A stretch of DNA of 64,000 nucleotides from an uncultured Alphaproteobacteria bacterium (GTDB lineage: Bacteria > Pseudomonadota > Alphaproteobacteria > RF32 > CAG-239): positions 8,723 through 72,722 of the forward strand of contig CALXWB010000003.1 of NCBI GenBank assembly GCA_944392225.1, given 5' to 3'. Each line of letters begins with the position of its first letter. The stretch's first letter is position 1. The position numbers and the translations under genes are program-made. The notes under the pieces are model-generated. The model saw only the letters and a list, made by a program, of their open reading frames with translations, made no database searches and had not been told where the DNA came from. Of the stretch, positions 31,307 to 40,635 are shown one piece after another.

Positions 31307-31891
31307 ATGGATGAGATTCATAAATTTGAACAAGAAAGGCAAGAGATTTTAAAAGCCGTTAAAAACGGCATTGAAACCAATATTCCTATGCCCAAAACGC
31401 AGAAAAGATATTTGAAAAATCTTTTGCTGTTTTCTTTGATGCGCGCTTCTAAAAATCAAACCGTGACCAAACCAAACTTTATCAAACTCGTGGCTAAACA
31501 GTTCAAAAAATATATTGTCAAAATTATCCATGGTGCGGTGAAAAATATGCCCAACCACAATCCTTATGAAGATGAAGATTTTTATGATGAAAATTTGGAT
31601 GTGGAAATCAACCGCGTGATTGCCAATGAACAATTTTTGAATATGCAACTTATTCAACAAAGTCTGACACCTAAAAATATTATTGCTCAAATCAGAACCC
31701 TTGCCGATGGTTTGAGTGCGCAAGAGGTGATTAAGCGGATTACCGAGCTCAGAGAACTCAATTCCAATCATCGGGAAACACCCGATGAGGCCAAACAAAG
31801 AGAAAAGCGCATTAAAGAATATGAACGGCAAAGACAATTGCAGCATATGCGTTTTTTGGAGTTGGAACGCGGTTCTAGAGAAAGACATTAA
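31307..31891 (+). CDS. Hypothetical charged protein (194 aa)
   Basis: ORF with coding-like composition. No recognisable motif. Confidence 0.45.
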   Translation: MDEIHKFEQERQEILKAVKNGIETNIPMPKTQKRYLKNLLLFSLMRASKNQTVTKPNFIKLVAKQFKKYIVKIIHGAVKNMPNHNPYEDEDFYDENLDVEINRVIANEQFLNMQLIQQSLTPKNIIAQIRTLADGLSAQEVIKRITELRELNSNHRETPDEAKQREKRIKEYERQRQLQHMRFLELERGSRERH

Positions 31892-31893
31892 AA

Positions 31894-31925
31894 AAATCCC
31901 TTTCTTATTAAAGGGATTTTTTCTT
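31894..31925. terminator. Bidirectional terminator between the hypothetical CDS and rlmN
   Basis: atcccttt-cttatta-aagggat hairpin flanked by A-runs and T-runs. Confidence 0.65.
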
Positions 31926-33017
31926 TTATTTTTCTTGTTCTTTTTTAGATTTTAACTGTCCGCAGGCGGCTAAAATATCTTGCCCGCGCGCAACCCTTAT
32001 CGGGGCAGCATAGCCGAACTTGCCCAGCTCTTTGGAAAAAGCCATGGCTCGGTTTTTGGACGAGGGTTGATAATCGCACCCCGGCCATGGGTTGAACGGT
32101 ATCAGATTGAACTTGGCATCAATCTTATATTTTTTCATTAGCTCAACCAGTTCATGCGCATTTTCAAGCGAATCATTTAATCCGTTTAACAACAAATATT
32201 CAAAAGTGATATATTTGCAACTGCCGGCTCTTTTTTGAAACTCTTGGCAAGCTGTTAACACCTCTTCTATCGGATATTTCTTATTAATCGGCATAATTCT
32301 GGAGCGCAACTCATTATTGGAAGCATGCAGGCTCACGGCCAAACGGCAACCAAGCTCACTTGCCACATCGGCAATATGCGGAGCAATACCAGATGTTGAT
32401 AAGGTGATTTTGCGGCGCGAAATGGCTACGCCGTCACCGTCTGATAATATTTTCAAGGCCTTAAACGTATTTTCTTTATTATGCAGCGGCTCACCCATAC
32501 CCATGACCACGATATTGGATAAATATCTTGTTTCATCGGTCGGGGTCGGCCATTCATGATAGGCATCTCTTGCCACCAAAAACTGCGATACAATTTCTCC
32601 GGCCGTTAAATTACGCGTGATTTTTTGTGAGCCGGTATGACAAAAAGTACAACCAACGGCGCAGCCAACTTGGGTGGAAATGCAAACCGTGCCCCTATCC
32701 TCTTCCGGGATATATACGGTTTCAATCCGTTGACCATCGGCAAACTCCAACAACCATTTGTGCGTTTTATCGGAAGAGATTTGTTCGGCCACGATTTTTG
32801 GGCGGGTAATGGTAAATTTCTCTGCCAACTTGGCGCGCAGATCTTTGCTCAAATTGCTCATCTTGTCAAAATCGGTCACACCATGATGATACAACCACTG
32901 CCAAACTTGTTTGGCGCGAAACGATTTTTCGCCAATCTCGGCAATGGCCTCTGCCAATTCTTCTTTACTTAAGCCGATTAACTCTATTTTTTCGCTCATG
33001 ATTATCTCTTTTTGCAT
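31926..33017 (-). CDS. rlmN: 23S rRNA (adenine2503-C2)-methyltransferase, radical SAM
   Basis: CxxxCxxC radical-SAM motif (GCAVGCTFCHTG) and RlmN-like sequence. Confidence 0.9.
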   Translation of the reverse strand: MQKEIIMSEKIELIGLSKEELAEAIAEIGEKSFRAKQVWQWLYHHGVTDFDKMSNLSKDLRAKLAEKFTITRPKIVAEQISSDKTHKWLLEFADGQRIETVYIPEEDRGTVCISTQVGCAVGCTFCHTGSQKITRNLTAGEIVSQFLVARDAYHEWPTPTDETRYLSNIVVMGMGEPLHNKENTFKALKILSDGDGVAISRRKITLSTSGIAPHIADVASELGCRLAVSLHASNNELRSRIMPINKKYPIEEVLTACQEFQKRAGSCKYITFEYLLLNGLNDSLENAHELVELMKKYKIDAKFNLIPFNPWPGCDYQPSSKNRAMAFSKELGKFGYAAPIRVARGQDILAACGQLKSKKEQEK

Positions 33018-33520
33018 TTGGCACTGATGGCTTTATAAGCTTGAGAAAAACCGGCCAAAGAATAGGTATCTTTGGTTACCGTGCCTTTGGAAGAAACACC
33101 TTTAACAATCATGCGGGTGCCTCTTTTCATGGCGGCAACTATCTCTCTGTCGGTTTTATCACTGGTTGCCCAGGCTTTATCTCCGCTCACAAAAAGCTTA
33201 TCAAAAGTCTGGTTGCCGATTTTGATTTCAACTTTTGATTCCGGCTTATAGGTATAGCCTGCCGTGATGTTGACCACATCATAGCTTTTGTCTGACGGAC
33301 GATGCGTCACCACGGTATAAATATTGCCGCGTTTGGTATATTTGCCCTCATCTCTTTTCGGTGTGGAAGCCATATAACAAGTCAAGCCGGAAGAATCTTG
33401 ATAGTAATATGCAACCCAATCATCATATTCTCCAATCTGTTTGGGGGTTATGCTTGAGGCGGCCTGCACATTGCTGCTCAAAAAAAGGCTTGCAACCAAT
33501 ATTAATAGATATTTTTTCAT
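33002..33520 (-). CDS. Invasion-associated locus B (IalB) family protein
   Basis: Signal peptide plus IalB-like sequence. Confidence 0.7.
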   Translation of the reverse strand: MKKYLLILVASLFLSSNVQAASSITPKQIGEYDDWVAYYYQDSSGLTCYMASTPKRDEGKYTKRGNIYTVVTHRPSDKSYDVVNITAGYTYKPESKVEIKIGNQTFDKLFVSGDKAWATSDKTDREIVAAMKRGTRMIVKGVSSKGTVTKDTYSLAGFSQAYKAISAKCKKR

Positions 33521-33630
33521 GTTTACATTCTTTCAGATTAAAAAAAAATTTGCTCTTTATTTGACAATAGTATTTGAAATATATATAAAAACTGTTAATT
33601 TCTAGAAAAATTTTACGGAACAAAATCATC

Positions 33631-34869
33631 ATGATGCGCGACAATTATATTGATATCAACAAACTGATTAAAAGCAAAAATGTTTTAAACCTTTTTAACG
33701 TGGTGGAAAATCATGGCGGAGCTTTGCGTTTTGTCGGTGGTGCCGTGCGTGACACGCTGGCCGGGCTGGAAGGTTTTGACCTGGACTTGGCCACGGATTT
33801 GAGCCCGGATGAGCTGGTTGAAGCCTGCGAAGAAGAAGGTTTGAAGACCATCCCTTTGGGTATTAAATTTGGCACTGTCGGCGTTTTGATTGATGATAAG
33901 GTCTTGGAAGTCACCTCTTTGCGCAAAGATATCAAAACCGACGGGCGCCATGCCGAGGTGGAATTTACCACCGATTGGGAAACCGATGCCGGACGCCGCG
34001 ACTTGACCATTAATGCCGTCTATGCCGATGAAAAAGGCAATGTCTTTGACTATTATAACGGTATTGACGATCTGGAAAAAGGTGTGGTGCGCTTTATCGG
34101 CAACCCGACCCAGCGCATTAAGGAAGATTATCTCAGAATTTTGCGCTTTTTCCGATTTCATTCCATTTTTGCCAAAACACCCATCAACCAAAAGGCTTTG
34201 GAAGCTTGCAAAGAAAACTCCGAAGGATTGCAAAATCTTTCCATGGAAAGAATCCGCGATGAAATGTTCAAAATTTTGCTCACGCCTCATGCCGCTGAAA
34301 CTCTTAAAATTATGGCCGATAATGAAATTTTGAGCTATGTGCTGCCGGTGCCGAAAGCTGAAAATATTGCTTGTTTGGATTTTTTGGATAAAAAACTCAA
34401 CCAACACAAAATGCAAAAAAATGCTCTGGCGCGTTTGTTTATTTTATTTGCACCCGACGAGGCTTTTGCCAATAATATTGCCACGCGCATGAAGTTTAGC
34501 AAAAAAGAAAAACAAGATTTTGTTGATTTGGCTCGGATCAAGGTTGATTTATCTGACTTTGCCGATGAACAGAAACTCAAAAAACTTATCTATCTTTACG
34601 GACGTGATTTTGTGCGCAATAAGTTCATGATTGAGCAAGCTTTGCAACAGAAAATTTTGCCTGATTTTGATGCTATTCTCAATTGCATTTTGACGTTCAA
34701 TCCCCCTGCTTTTCCGCTACGCGGGCAAGATATTATCAACGCCGGCTTTAAGGGCAGTCCGCATATCGGCGATATTCTTGATAGCTTGGAAGAACTTTGG
34801 CTTGAAAGTAATTTTGCTCTTTCTAAAGAAGACTTACTTGCCCGTTTGCAACAGCTCAAAACAGCTTAG
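33631..34869 (+). CDS. cca: CCA tRNA nucleotidyltransferase / poly(A) polymerase family
   Basis: GGAVRD…DxD nucleotidyltransferase head motifs. Confidence 0.85.
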   Translation: MMRDNYIDINKLIKSKNVLNLFNVVENHGGALRFVGGAVRDTLAGLEGFDLDLATDLSPDELVEACEEEGLKTIPLGIKFGTVGVLIDDKVLEVTSLRKDIKTDGRHAEVEFTTDWETDAGRRDLTINAVYADEKGNVFDYYNGIDDLEKGVVRFIGNPTQRIKEDYLRILRFFRFHSIFAKTPINQKALEACKENSEGLQNLSMERIRDEMFKILLTPHAAETLKIMADNEILSYVLPVPKAENIACLDFLDKKLNQHKMQKNALARLFILFAPDEAFANNIATRMKFSKKEKQDFVDLARIKVDLSDFADEQKLKKLIYLYGRDFVRNKFMIEQALQQKILPDFDAILNCILTFNPPAFPLRGQDIINAGFKGSPHIGDILDSLEELWLESNFALSKEDLLARLQQLKTA

Positions 34870-35227
34870 GGGCTATCCACGCATTGCGCAAATGGCGGAT
34901 GCGGAACGGATATTCTACCAAGATGGCATCTATTCTGATATCAAAAGCATCATATTCTTTGTGCTTTTGCAAAAAGGCTTCGGCGCCTCTGATAATGCGT
35001 TCTTTTTGTTTTTCCGAAATGGCATAAGCGGCTTTTTCTATACTGCGGCGTTCTTTGACCTCCACAAAAACCAGCATTTTTCCTTTGCGCATTATCAAGT
35101 CAACTTCTCCGGCATGGGTGCCTCTGCCGGTGACATAATTTTTTGCAACCGGCCAATATCCCTTAAAAAGTAAATACACCAGAGCAATATATTCGGCCAT
35201 TTTGCCGTTATGATAGTTTGTTGCCAT
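34856..35227 (-). CDS. yraN: YraN-family (UPF0102) endonuclease
   Basis: …VARNYRCRGGEIDLI-like motif (GEVDLIMRKGKMLVFVEVK). Confidence 0.75.
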   Translation of the reverse strand: MATNYHNGKMAEYIALVYLLFKGYWPVAKNYVTGRGTHAGEVDLIMRKGKMLVFVEVKERRSIEKAAYAISEKQKERIIRGAEAFLQKHKEYDAFDIRIDAILVEYPFRIRHLRNAWIAPKLF

Positions 35228-36053
35228 TTTTTATCCTCAATGCTTTTTCATAAACCTCATTTTTGTTTAAATTATACGCATCTACCAGCTCTTTGACAAC
35301 TGTTTTGAGGCTTTGGGTTTTTAATTTTTCTTGCAATAGCGAATCCAAATCTAAATCTGTTTTTTCCTCCTCTGCTGACGGAGGAGATACCATAAAGACC
35401 ATTTCTCCTTTGGGCGGATTTTCCTTAAAATGCTCGATTAAATCTTTTGCTTTGGCGGTTAAACATTCTTCATAAACCTTGCTGATTTCACGCGCTACAG
35501 ACATTTCTCTATTGCCAAAAATTTCTTGCGCCGCCGCCAGTGTTTTGAGCAAACGCGGTGCCGTTTCATAAAAAATGAGCGTGGCATCAAGAGATTGATA
35601 TTTTTTGAACAAATCTGCTCTTGCTTTGTCTTTATTGGGAATAAAGCCCACAAACATAAAACGGTTGGTCGGCAAGCCCGATAATTGCAAGGCGGATATC
35701 AAGGCACAACACCCCGGCAAGGTGGTGATGAAAACCCCGGCCTCTCGGCACTGTTTTATCAACTTATAACCCGGGTCAGAAATCAGCGGAGAACCGGCAT
35801 CGCTCACTTGTGCCACGGCATGCCCTGCCAACACCTCATCAATAATTTTTTGTGCCTGCTCTTCTTCATTATGGTCATGCAAGGTGATAAATTTTTTTTG
35901 CAAGCTTATTCCCAGCAATGAAAAAAGCTTTTTCGTCACGCGGCTGTCTTCACAAGCAATGACATCTGCCTGCCGTAAGGTTTCTACCGCACGGGGCGAT
36001 ATATCTCCCAAATTGCCGATGGGGGTGGCCACAATATATAAACCGCTTTTCAT
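35208..36053 (-). CDS. rsmI: 16S rRNA (cytidine1402-2'-O)-methyltransferase
   Basis: MKSGLYIVATPIGNLGDIS… tetrapyrrole-methylase fold. Confidence 0.9.
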   Translation of the reverse strand: MKSGLYIVATPIGNLGDISPRAVETLRQADVIACEDSRVTKKLFSLLGISLQKKFITLHDHNEEEQAQKIIDEVLAGHAVAQVSDAGSPLISDPGYKLIKQCREAGVFITTLPGCCALISALQLSGLPTNRFMFVGFIPNKDKARADLFKKYQSLDATLIFYETAPRLLKTLAAAQEIFGNREMSVAREISKVYEECLTAKAKDLIEHFKENPPKGEMVFMVSPPSAEEEKTDLDLDSLLQEKLKTQSLKTVVKELVDAYNLNKNEVYEKALRIKNGNKLS

Positions 36054-36135
36054 TTCTCTCTCTTTACATTAGTTTTTTTTTAAGATAACTTGCATAATAT
36101 ACATTAAAACAATTATATTTTAGGGCAAAAATCAA

Positions 36136-37599
36136 GTGTTTAAAAAATTTTATTTCTTATTTTTAAGCGTTTTTCTTATCGGTTGTTCTTCTACCAAAGT
36201 TAACCAGCTCGGCGGGGCCGATGCTTCTTCCACCGATTATTCCGAGATAAACCTCGGTGATACCAGCTCCAATTTCAGAGTGGGTGTCTTGCTGCCACTT
36301 TCGGGCGAGGCTTCTCGCTATGGCAACGGCCTCAAAAATGCCACCATGCTTGCTCTTGATGATGTCAAAAACCCCAACCTCATCTTGCAATATTATGACA
36401 CAAAAGGTTCTGATGAAGGCGCCAGAATCGCCGTGGAAAACGCCATCAACCAAAATGTGCAAATGATTATCGGCCCTTTGAAAAGCTCTTCGGTTAAAGC
36501 CATTTCTCCGCAAACAACCCGAAAAAATATCCCGGTTATTGCTTTTTCCACCACCGAAGATGTTTTGCAGCCCAGTGTTTATACTTTAGGTCTTTTGGTT
36601 GATGAACAAGTGGACCGCATTGTCTCTTATGCCGTTAAACAAGGACGCTCGAAGCTTGCCCTCTTGGTGCCTGATAACGCTACGGGAATTGCCGTGGCTA
36701 AAGCTGCGGCCAAAGCGGCACAAAAAAACCATATCGTGATTACACGTATTGCTTTTTATCCGCCAAACACAACCGACTTTTCTGCCATTTTGAAAGAAAT
36801 GACAGATTATAATACGCGTTATAACCGCATGGAAAAGCTCAAAGCTTCTCTCAAAGCAAAAGCTGCTAACGGCGATGCCGAAGCTCAAAGAGCACTCAAA
36901 CGCGTTTCCACTCATGATACCTTAGGTGAAGTGGATTTTGATATGGTTCTCATCCCGGAAAAAGGAGCAAAGCTCAAATCTGCCGTTGCTATGTTTGGTT
37001 ATTATGACGTTTATGCCCCGGATGTGAAGTTTTTGGGAACATCCATTTGGGAAAATTCTACTTTGAACGGCGAATCGACCATCATCGGCAGTTGGTATCC
37101 CGTTATTTCTCGCAGCCACAGCAACTATTTTGTAAACAAATATAGCTATGTTTTTAATGAAAGACCGCAGGCTCTCTACTCTTTAGGCTATGATGCCGTG
37201 GCGCTGGCCAACGCCATTTCCAAGCAAGATACTTCAAATTATGGCGCCATTATCACCAATCCTGACGGCTATGTCGGCATAAACGGTATGTTCCGCCTGT
37301 TTGAAAACGGACGCAACCAACATAGTTTGGATATTGTTGAGGTGACTAAAGAGGGTGAAAAAGTGGTTGATCAGGCACCTGATCGTTTTACAGAAAATGA
37401 TAATGCTTTTGTGTTTGAAGAGGTTTCGCTTGATAATGTTTATCGTGCGCCGCTCATCTTCGGCAAAGATAATGCTTTGGCCCAAACCCTCATCTACGGA
37501 CACCGCATTTCTCCTTCCGACGGCTTTGATTTGCAACAAGAAGAAAGAGACAATATTCGCCGCAGTTTGCAAAAAATGAACATTATGGTCGGCGAGTGA
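36136..37599 (+). CDS. LpoA-like penicillin-binding protein activator lipoprotein (periplasmic-binding-protein fold)
   Basis: Lipoprotein signal FLSVFLIGCSS and PBP type-1 fold. Divergent from yraN-rsmI, as in the E. coli lpoA-yraN / rsmI arrangement. Confidence 0.7.
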   Translation: MFKKFYFLFLSVFLIGCSSTKVNQLGGADASSTDYSEINLGDTSSNFRVGVLLPLSGEASRYGNGLKNATMLALDDVKNPNLILQYYDTKGSDEGARIAVENAINQNVQMIIGPLKSSSVKAISPQTTRKNIPVIAFSTTEDVLQPSVYTLGLLVDEQVDRIVSYAVKQGRSKLALLVPDNATGIAVAKAAAKAAQKNHIVITRIAFYPPNTTDFSAILKEMTDYNTRYNRMEKLKASLKAKAANGDAEAQRALKRVSTHDTLGEVDFDMVLIPEKGAKLKSAVAMFGYYDVYAPDVKFLGTSIWENSTLNGESTIIGSWYPVISRSHSNYFVNKYSYVFNERPQALYSLGYDAVALANAISKQDTSNYGAIITNPDGYVGINGMFRLFENGRNQHSLDIVEVTKEGEKVVDQAPDRFTENDNAFVFEEVSLDNVYRAPLIFGKDNALAQTLIYGHRISPSDGFDLQQEERDNIRRSLQKMNIMVGE

Positions 37600-37659
37600 T
37601 AAATATTTTCATAAATCGGAAATATTACTTGAAATTTCTTTGAATTTCGGCAATATTAG

Positions 37660-37757
37660 GCAACGGAGGACGTTGGGTTGATTTGTCGCCAACCCGGTCA
37701 GGTCCGGAAGGAAGCAGCCGTAACGATCTTAATCAAGGCTATATGTCCTCCACCAGT
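37660..37757 (+). ncRNA. ffs: Signal recognition particle RNA (4.5S/ffs)
   Basis: Contains GGUCAGGUCCGGAAGGAAGCAGCC, identical to the E. coli 4.5S domain IV core. The 5' GGAGGAC pairs with the 3' GUCCUCC. Conserved position immediately upstream of dnaX. Confidence 0.8.
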
Positions 37758-37778
37758 TTGTTTGTAAAGTTTTTATCC

Positions 37779-39494
37779 ATGGCTGAAGAAGAAAAAAATA
37801 ATAATCAATATGTGGTGCTTGCCAGAAAATATCGTCCGCAGACTTTTGAAGATTTGCTCGGACAAGATGCTTTGGTGCAAACACTCACAAACGCCATTAA
37901 AAACAACCGTCTTCACCATGCCTATATCCTCACCGGAATCCGCGGTGTGGGCAAAACCACCACGGCACGTATCATTGCCAAAGCCTTAAACTGTATCGGT
38001 CCTGATGCTCATGACGGTCCGACTATCCACCCTTGCGGCGTTTGTGAAAATTGCCGTGCCATTGCTGAAGGCAGACATATTGATGTTTTGGAGCTCGATG
38101 CCGCTTCTCGCACCGGCGTGGATGATATTCGCGAAATTTTGGACGGCGTGCGCTATAAGCCAACAAATGCACGTTATAAAGTCTATATTATCGACGAAGT
38201 GCACATGCTCTCAAAAAGTGCGTTCAATGCTTTGCTTAAAACTTTGGAAGAGCCCCCTTCTCATGTGAAGTTTATTTTTGCCACAACCGAAATCAGAAAA
38301 GTGCCGGTTACCGTGCTTTCTCGCTGCCAGCGTTTTGATTTGCAGCGTCTGACCGTGGACACGCTTTTTAATCATTTCAAAAATATCATCGGCAAAGAAG
38401 GCTTGCAGGCCGAAGATGAGGCTTTGCAAATTATTGCCAAAGCCGCCGACGGTTCTTGCCGCGATGGACTCTCTCTTCTCGACCAAGCCATTTCTTTGAG
38501 CGATGGAATAATCAAAACCGAAACCGTGAAAAATATGATTGGTTTGGCTGACCGCAACCAAACTTTTGAGCTTTTTGAAAATTTGGTCGGCGGCAAAGTC
38601 GATACGGTTTTGCAAAATATTAAAGAACAATATAAAAACGGCGCTAACCCAACCACCCTCTTGCAAGATTTGGTTAATATCACGCATATGGTGGCCAAAG
38701 CTAAAATTGTGCCGGCTTCCTTGAATGATGACAGCCTGACCGAAGCTGAAAAAACTCTTTGCCAAAAAATTTCTGCCGGGGTTTCCATTGCCGTGCTTTC
38801 TAAAATTTGGCAAATGTTAATCAAGGGAATCAGCGAATTAGCCCTTGCTCCCGTGCAGATTGATGCTTTGGAGATGATCCTTATCCGCATTGCTTATTCT
38901 GCCTCACTGCCAACACCTTTTGAGATTTTGAACGACGTAAAAAAAAACTCTAATCTAGCTTTTACGCCCGAAAAAAAAAATGAACCAGCCCCTGCCCCGC
39001 TAATCAAATCTCACGCGGCGCAATTGGCTGAGCAAGAAAACGCTCAAGCCCCTCTCCAAAATTATCAGACTTTTTCTTCTCCCGAAGATATGGTCAAATA
39101 TTTTGAAGATAATCGCAAAATGCTTTTGGCCTATGCCCTCAAGAATGATGTGGCCGTATTGGAATTTGGAAGCGAATCCTTAAAACTCGGCATTTCTGAC
39201 AAAGTTTCTAATGATTTTCTTTTGAACCTTAATAAAGAATTGACCGCAGCCACCGGCAAAAACTGGAAAATTGAAACCGTTAAAGGACAAATGGGGCAAA
39301 CTTTGGCCGCTAAAGAACATGCTGCCGAAGAAGCCAACAAACGCAGCGTTTCCGAATATCCGTTAGTTAAAGCCATTTTGGCCGAATTTAAAGGCTCAAA
39401 AATAGATTTATTAACCCGTATTAAACAACTTGATGAAGAAGAAGGCGTTCAGCTTTCTGACGAATCTGAAACTTATTTTGATGAGGATATCTAA
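37779..39494 (+). CDS. dnaX: DNA polymerase III subunits gamma/tau
   Basis: Starts MAEEEK…YVVLARKYRPQTF. Walker A GIRGVGKTT. The track ORF start at 37683 is an artefact that overlaps ffs. Confidence 0.92.
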   Translation: MAEEEKNNNQYVVLARKYRPQTFEDLLGQDALVQTLTNAIKNNRLHHAYILTGIRGVGKTTTARIIAKALNCIGPDAHDGPTIHPCGVCENCRAIAEGRHIDVLELDAASRTGVDDIREILDGVRYKPTNARYKVYIIDEVHMLSKSAFNALLKTLEEPPSHVKFIFATTEIRKVPVTVLSRCQRFDLQRLTVDTLFNHFKNIIGKEGLQAEDEALQIIAKAADGSCRDGLSLLDQAISLSDGIIKTETVKNMIGLADRNQTFELFENLVGGKVDTVLQNIKEQYKNGANPTTLLQDLVNITHMVAKAKIVPASLNDDSLTEAEKTLCQKISAGVSIAVLSKIWQMLIKGISELALAPVQIDALEMILIRIAYSASLPTPFEILNDVKKNSNLAFTPEKKNEPAPAPLIKSHAAQLAEQENAQAPLQNYQTFSSPEDMVKYFEDNRKMLLAYALKNDVAVLEFGSESLKLGISDKVSNDFLLNLNKELTAATGKNWKIETVKGQMGQTLAAKEHAAEEANKRSVSEYPLVKAILAEFKGSKIDLLTRIKQLDEEEGVQLSDESETYFDEDI

Positions 39495-39496
39495 AA

Positions 39497-39817
39497 ATGA
39501 TGAATATTCAAGGCATTATGAAACAAGCTCAAATGATGCAGAAAAAAATGGAAGAAGCTCAAGAAAAAGCTGCCCAAGAAGAAGTGAGCGGCTCAAGCGG
39601 CGGCGGTATGGTCAATATCACCCTCAACGGCAAATTTGAGATGAAAAAAATTTCTCTTGATAAATCTCTCATCAATGCTGATGAGGTTGATATTTTGGAA
39701 GACCTGATTATGGCTGCCTATAATGATGCCAAAAACAAAGTTGATGAAAATTTGAACAAAACCATTTCTTCTGTCACCGGCGGTTTGAATATCCCCGGTT
39801 TGAAACTTCCGTTCTAA
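39497..39817 (+). CDS. ybaB: Nucleoid-associated protein YbaB/EbfC
   Basis: 106 aa. Conserved dnaX-ybaB-recR order. Confidence 0.85.
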   Translation: MMNIQGIMKQAQMMQKKMEEAQEKAAQEEVSGSSGGGMVNITLNGKFEMKKISLDKSLINADEVDILEDLIMAAYNDAKNKVDENLNKTISSVTGGLNIPGLKLPF

Positions 39818-39826
39818 GAGAGAAAA

Positions 39827-40420
39827 ATGGCCGGTCAGGATATTGAAAAACTCATAAAAGTGGTTGCCAAGCTGCCCTCTTTGGGCACACGCTCGGCAAG
39901 ACGCATTGTTTTGCAGCTCATAAAAAAGCGCGAAACTTTGCTTTTGCCTTTGATTGATGCTCTCTCCCAAGTGGCAGAGAACATCAAAACTTGCGAAATT
40001 TGCGGCAATTATGACACCTCTTCACCTTGCTCAATTTGCTCCTCGGCTCTCCGAGAATCGCATCTTCTCTGCGTGGTGCAAGATGTGGCCGACCTTTGGG
40101 CCATGGAGCGCGTCTCTCTTTTCAAAGGAAAATATCACGTTTTGGGCGGGGTTTTATCCGCGCTTGACGGTGTGGCTCCCGAAGATCTGAATATTGACTC
40201 TTTGGTCGAGCGAATCCACAAAGAAGGTATTACAGAGGTGATTTTAGCCTTGCCGGCAACGGTTGACGGACAAATCACTTCTCACTACCTGGTTTCTCGT
40301 CTTAAGGACTCTGGCGCCAAAATAACCACCCTAGCGCAGGGAATCCCGATGGGCGCTGAGCTTGACTATATGGATGAAGGCACTTTGCAACTCGCCCTTA
40401 ACTCTCGCAAACTCCTCTAA
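39827..40420 (+). CDS. recR: Recombination protein RecR
   Basis: C4 zinc finger (CEICGNY…CSIC) and Toprim region. Confidence 0.92.
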   Translation: MAGQDIEKLIKVVAKLPSLGTRSARRIVLQLIKKRETLLLPLIDALSQVAENIKTCEICGNYDTSSPCSICSSALRESHLLCVVQDVADLWAMERVSLFKGKYHVLGGVLSALDGVAPEDLNIDSLVERIHKEGITEVILALPATVDGQITSHYLVSRLKDSGAKITTLAQGIPMGAELDYMDEGTLQLALNSRKLL

Positions 40421-40424
40421 TAAA

Positions 40425-40635
40425 CGCAGCGCGTTTGATCGCATCAATTGACTGCCAAGCTAACTGGGGCTAGAAATCGCGATGCTGTCTATGTTCTTGG
40501 CGTGGTGAAAGTGCCTAGAACAAACGCAGCGCGTTTGACAAGCTGAAGCCAGCTTGACCGCATTGGTTTGATGGCTTGGCGAACGGTGCCACGAGGACCG
40601 CGATGCTCTTTATGTTCTTTGCGGAGCGAAAGTTC
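40425..40635. repeat. GC-rich imperfect tandem repeat (about 88- and 120-bp units), each beginning AAACGCAGCGCGTTTGA
   Basis: AAACGCAGCGCGTTTGA at 40425 and 40513. The unit ends (…cgcgatgctNtNtatgttcttNgcg…gaaagtNcctagaaca) copy the last codons and stop of the adjacent flagellin-like gene. Markedly GC-richer than its surroundings. Confidence 0.7.
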
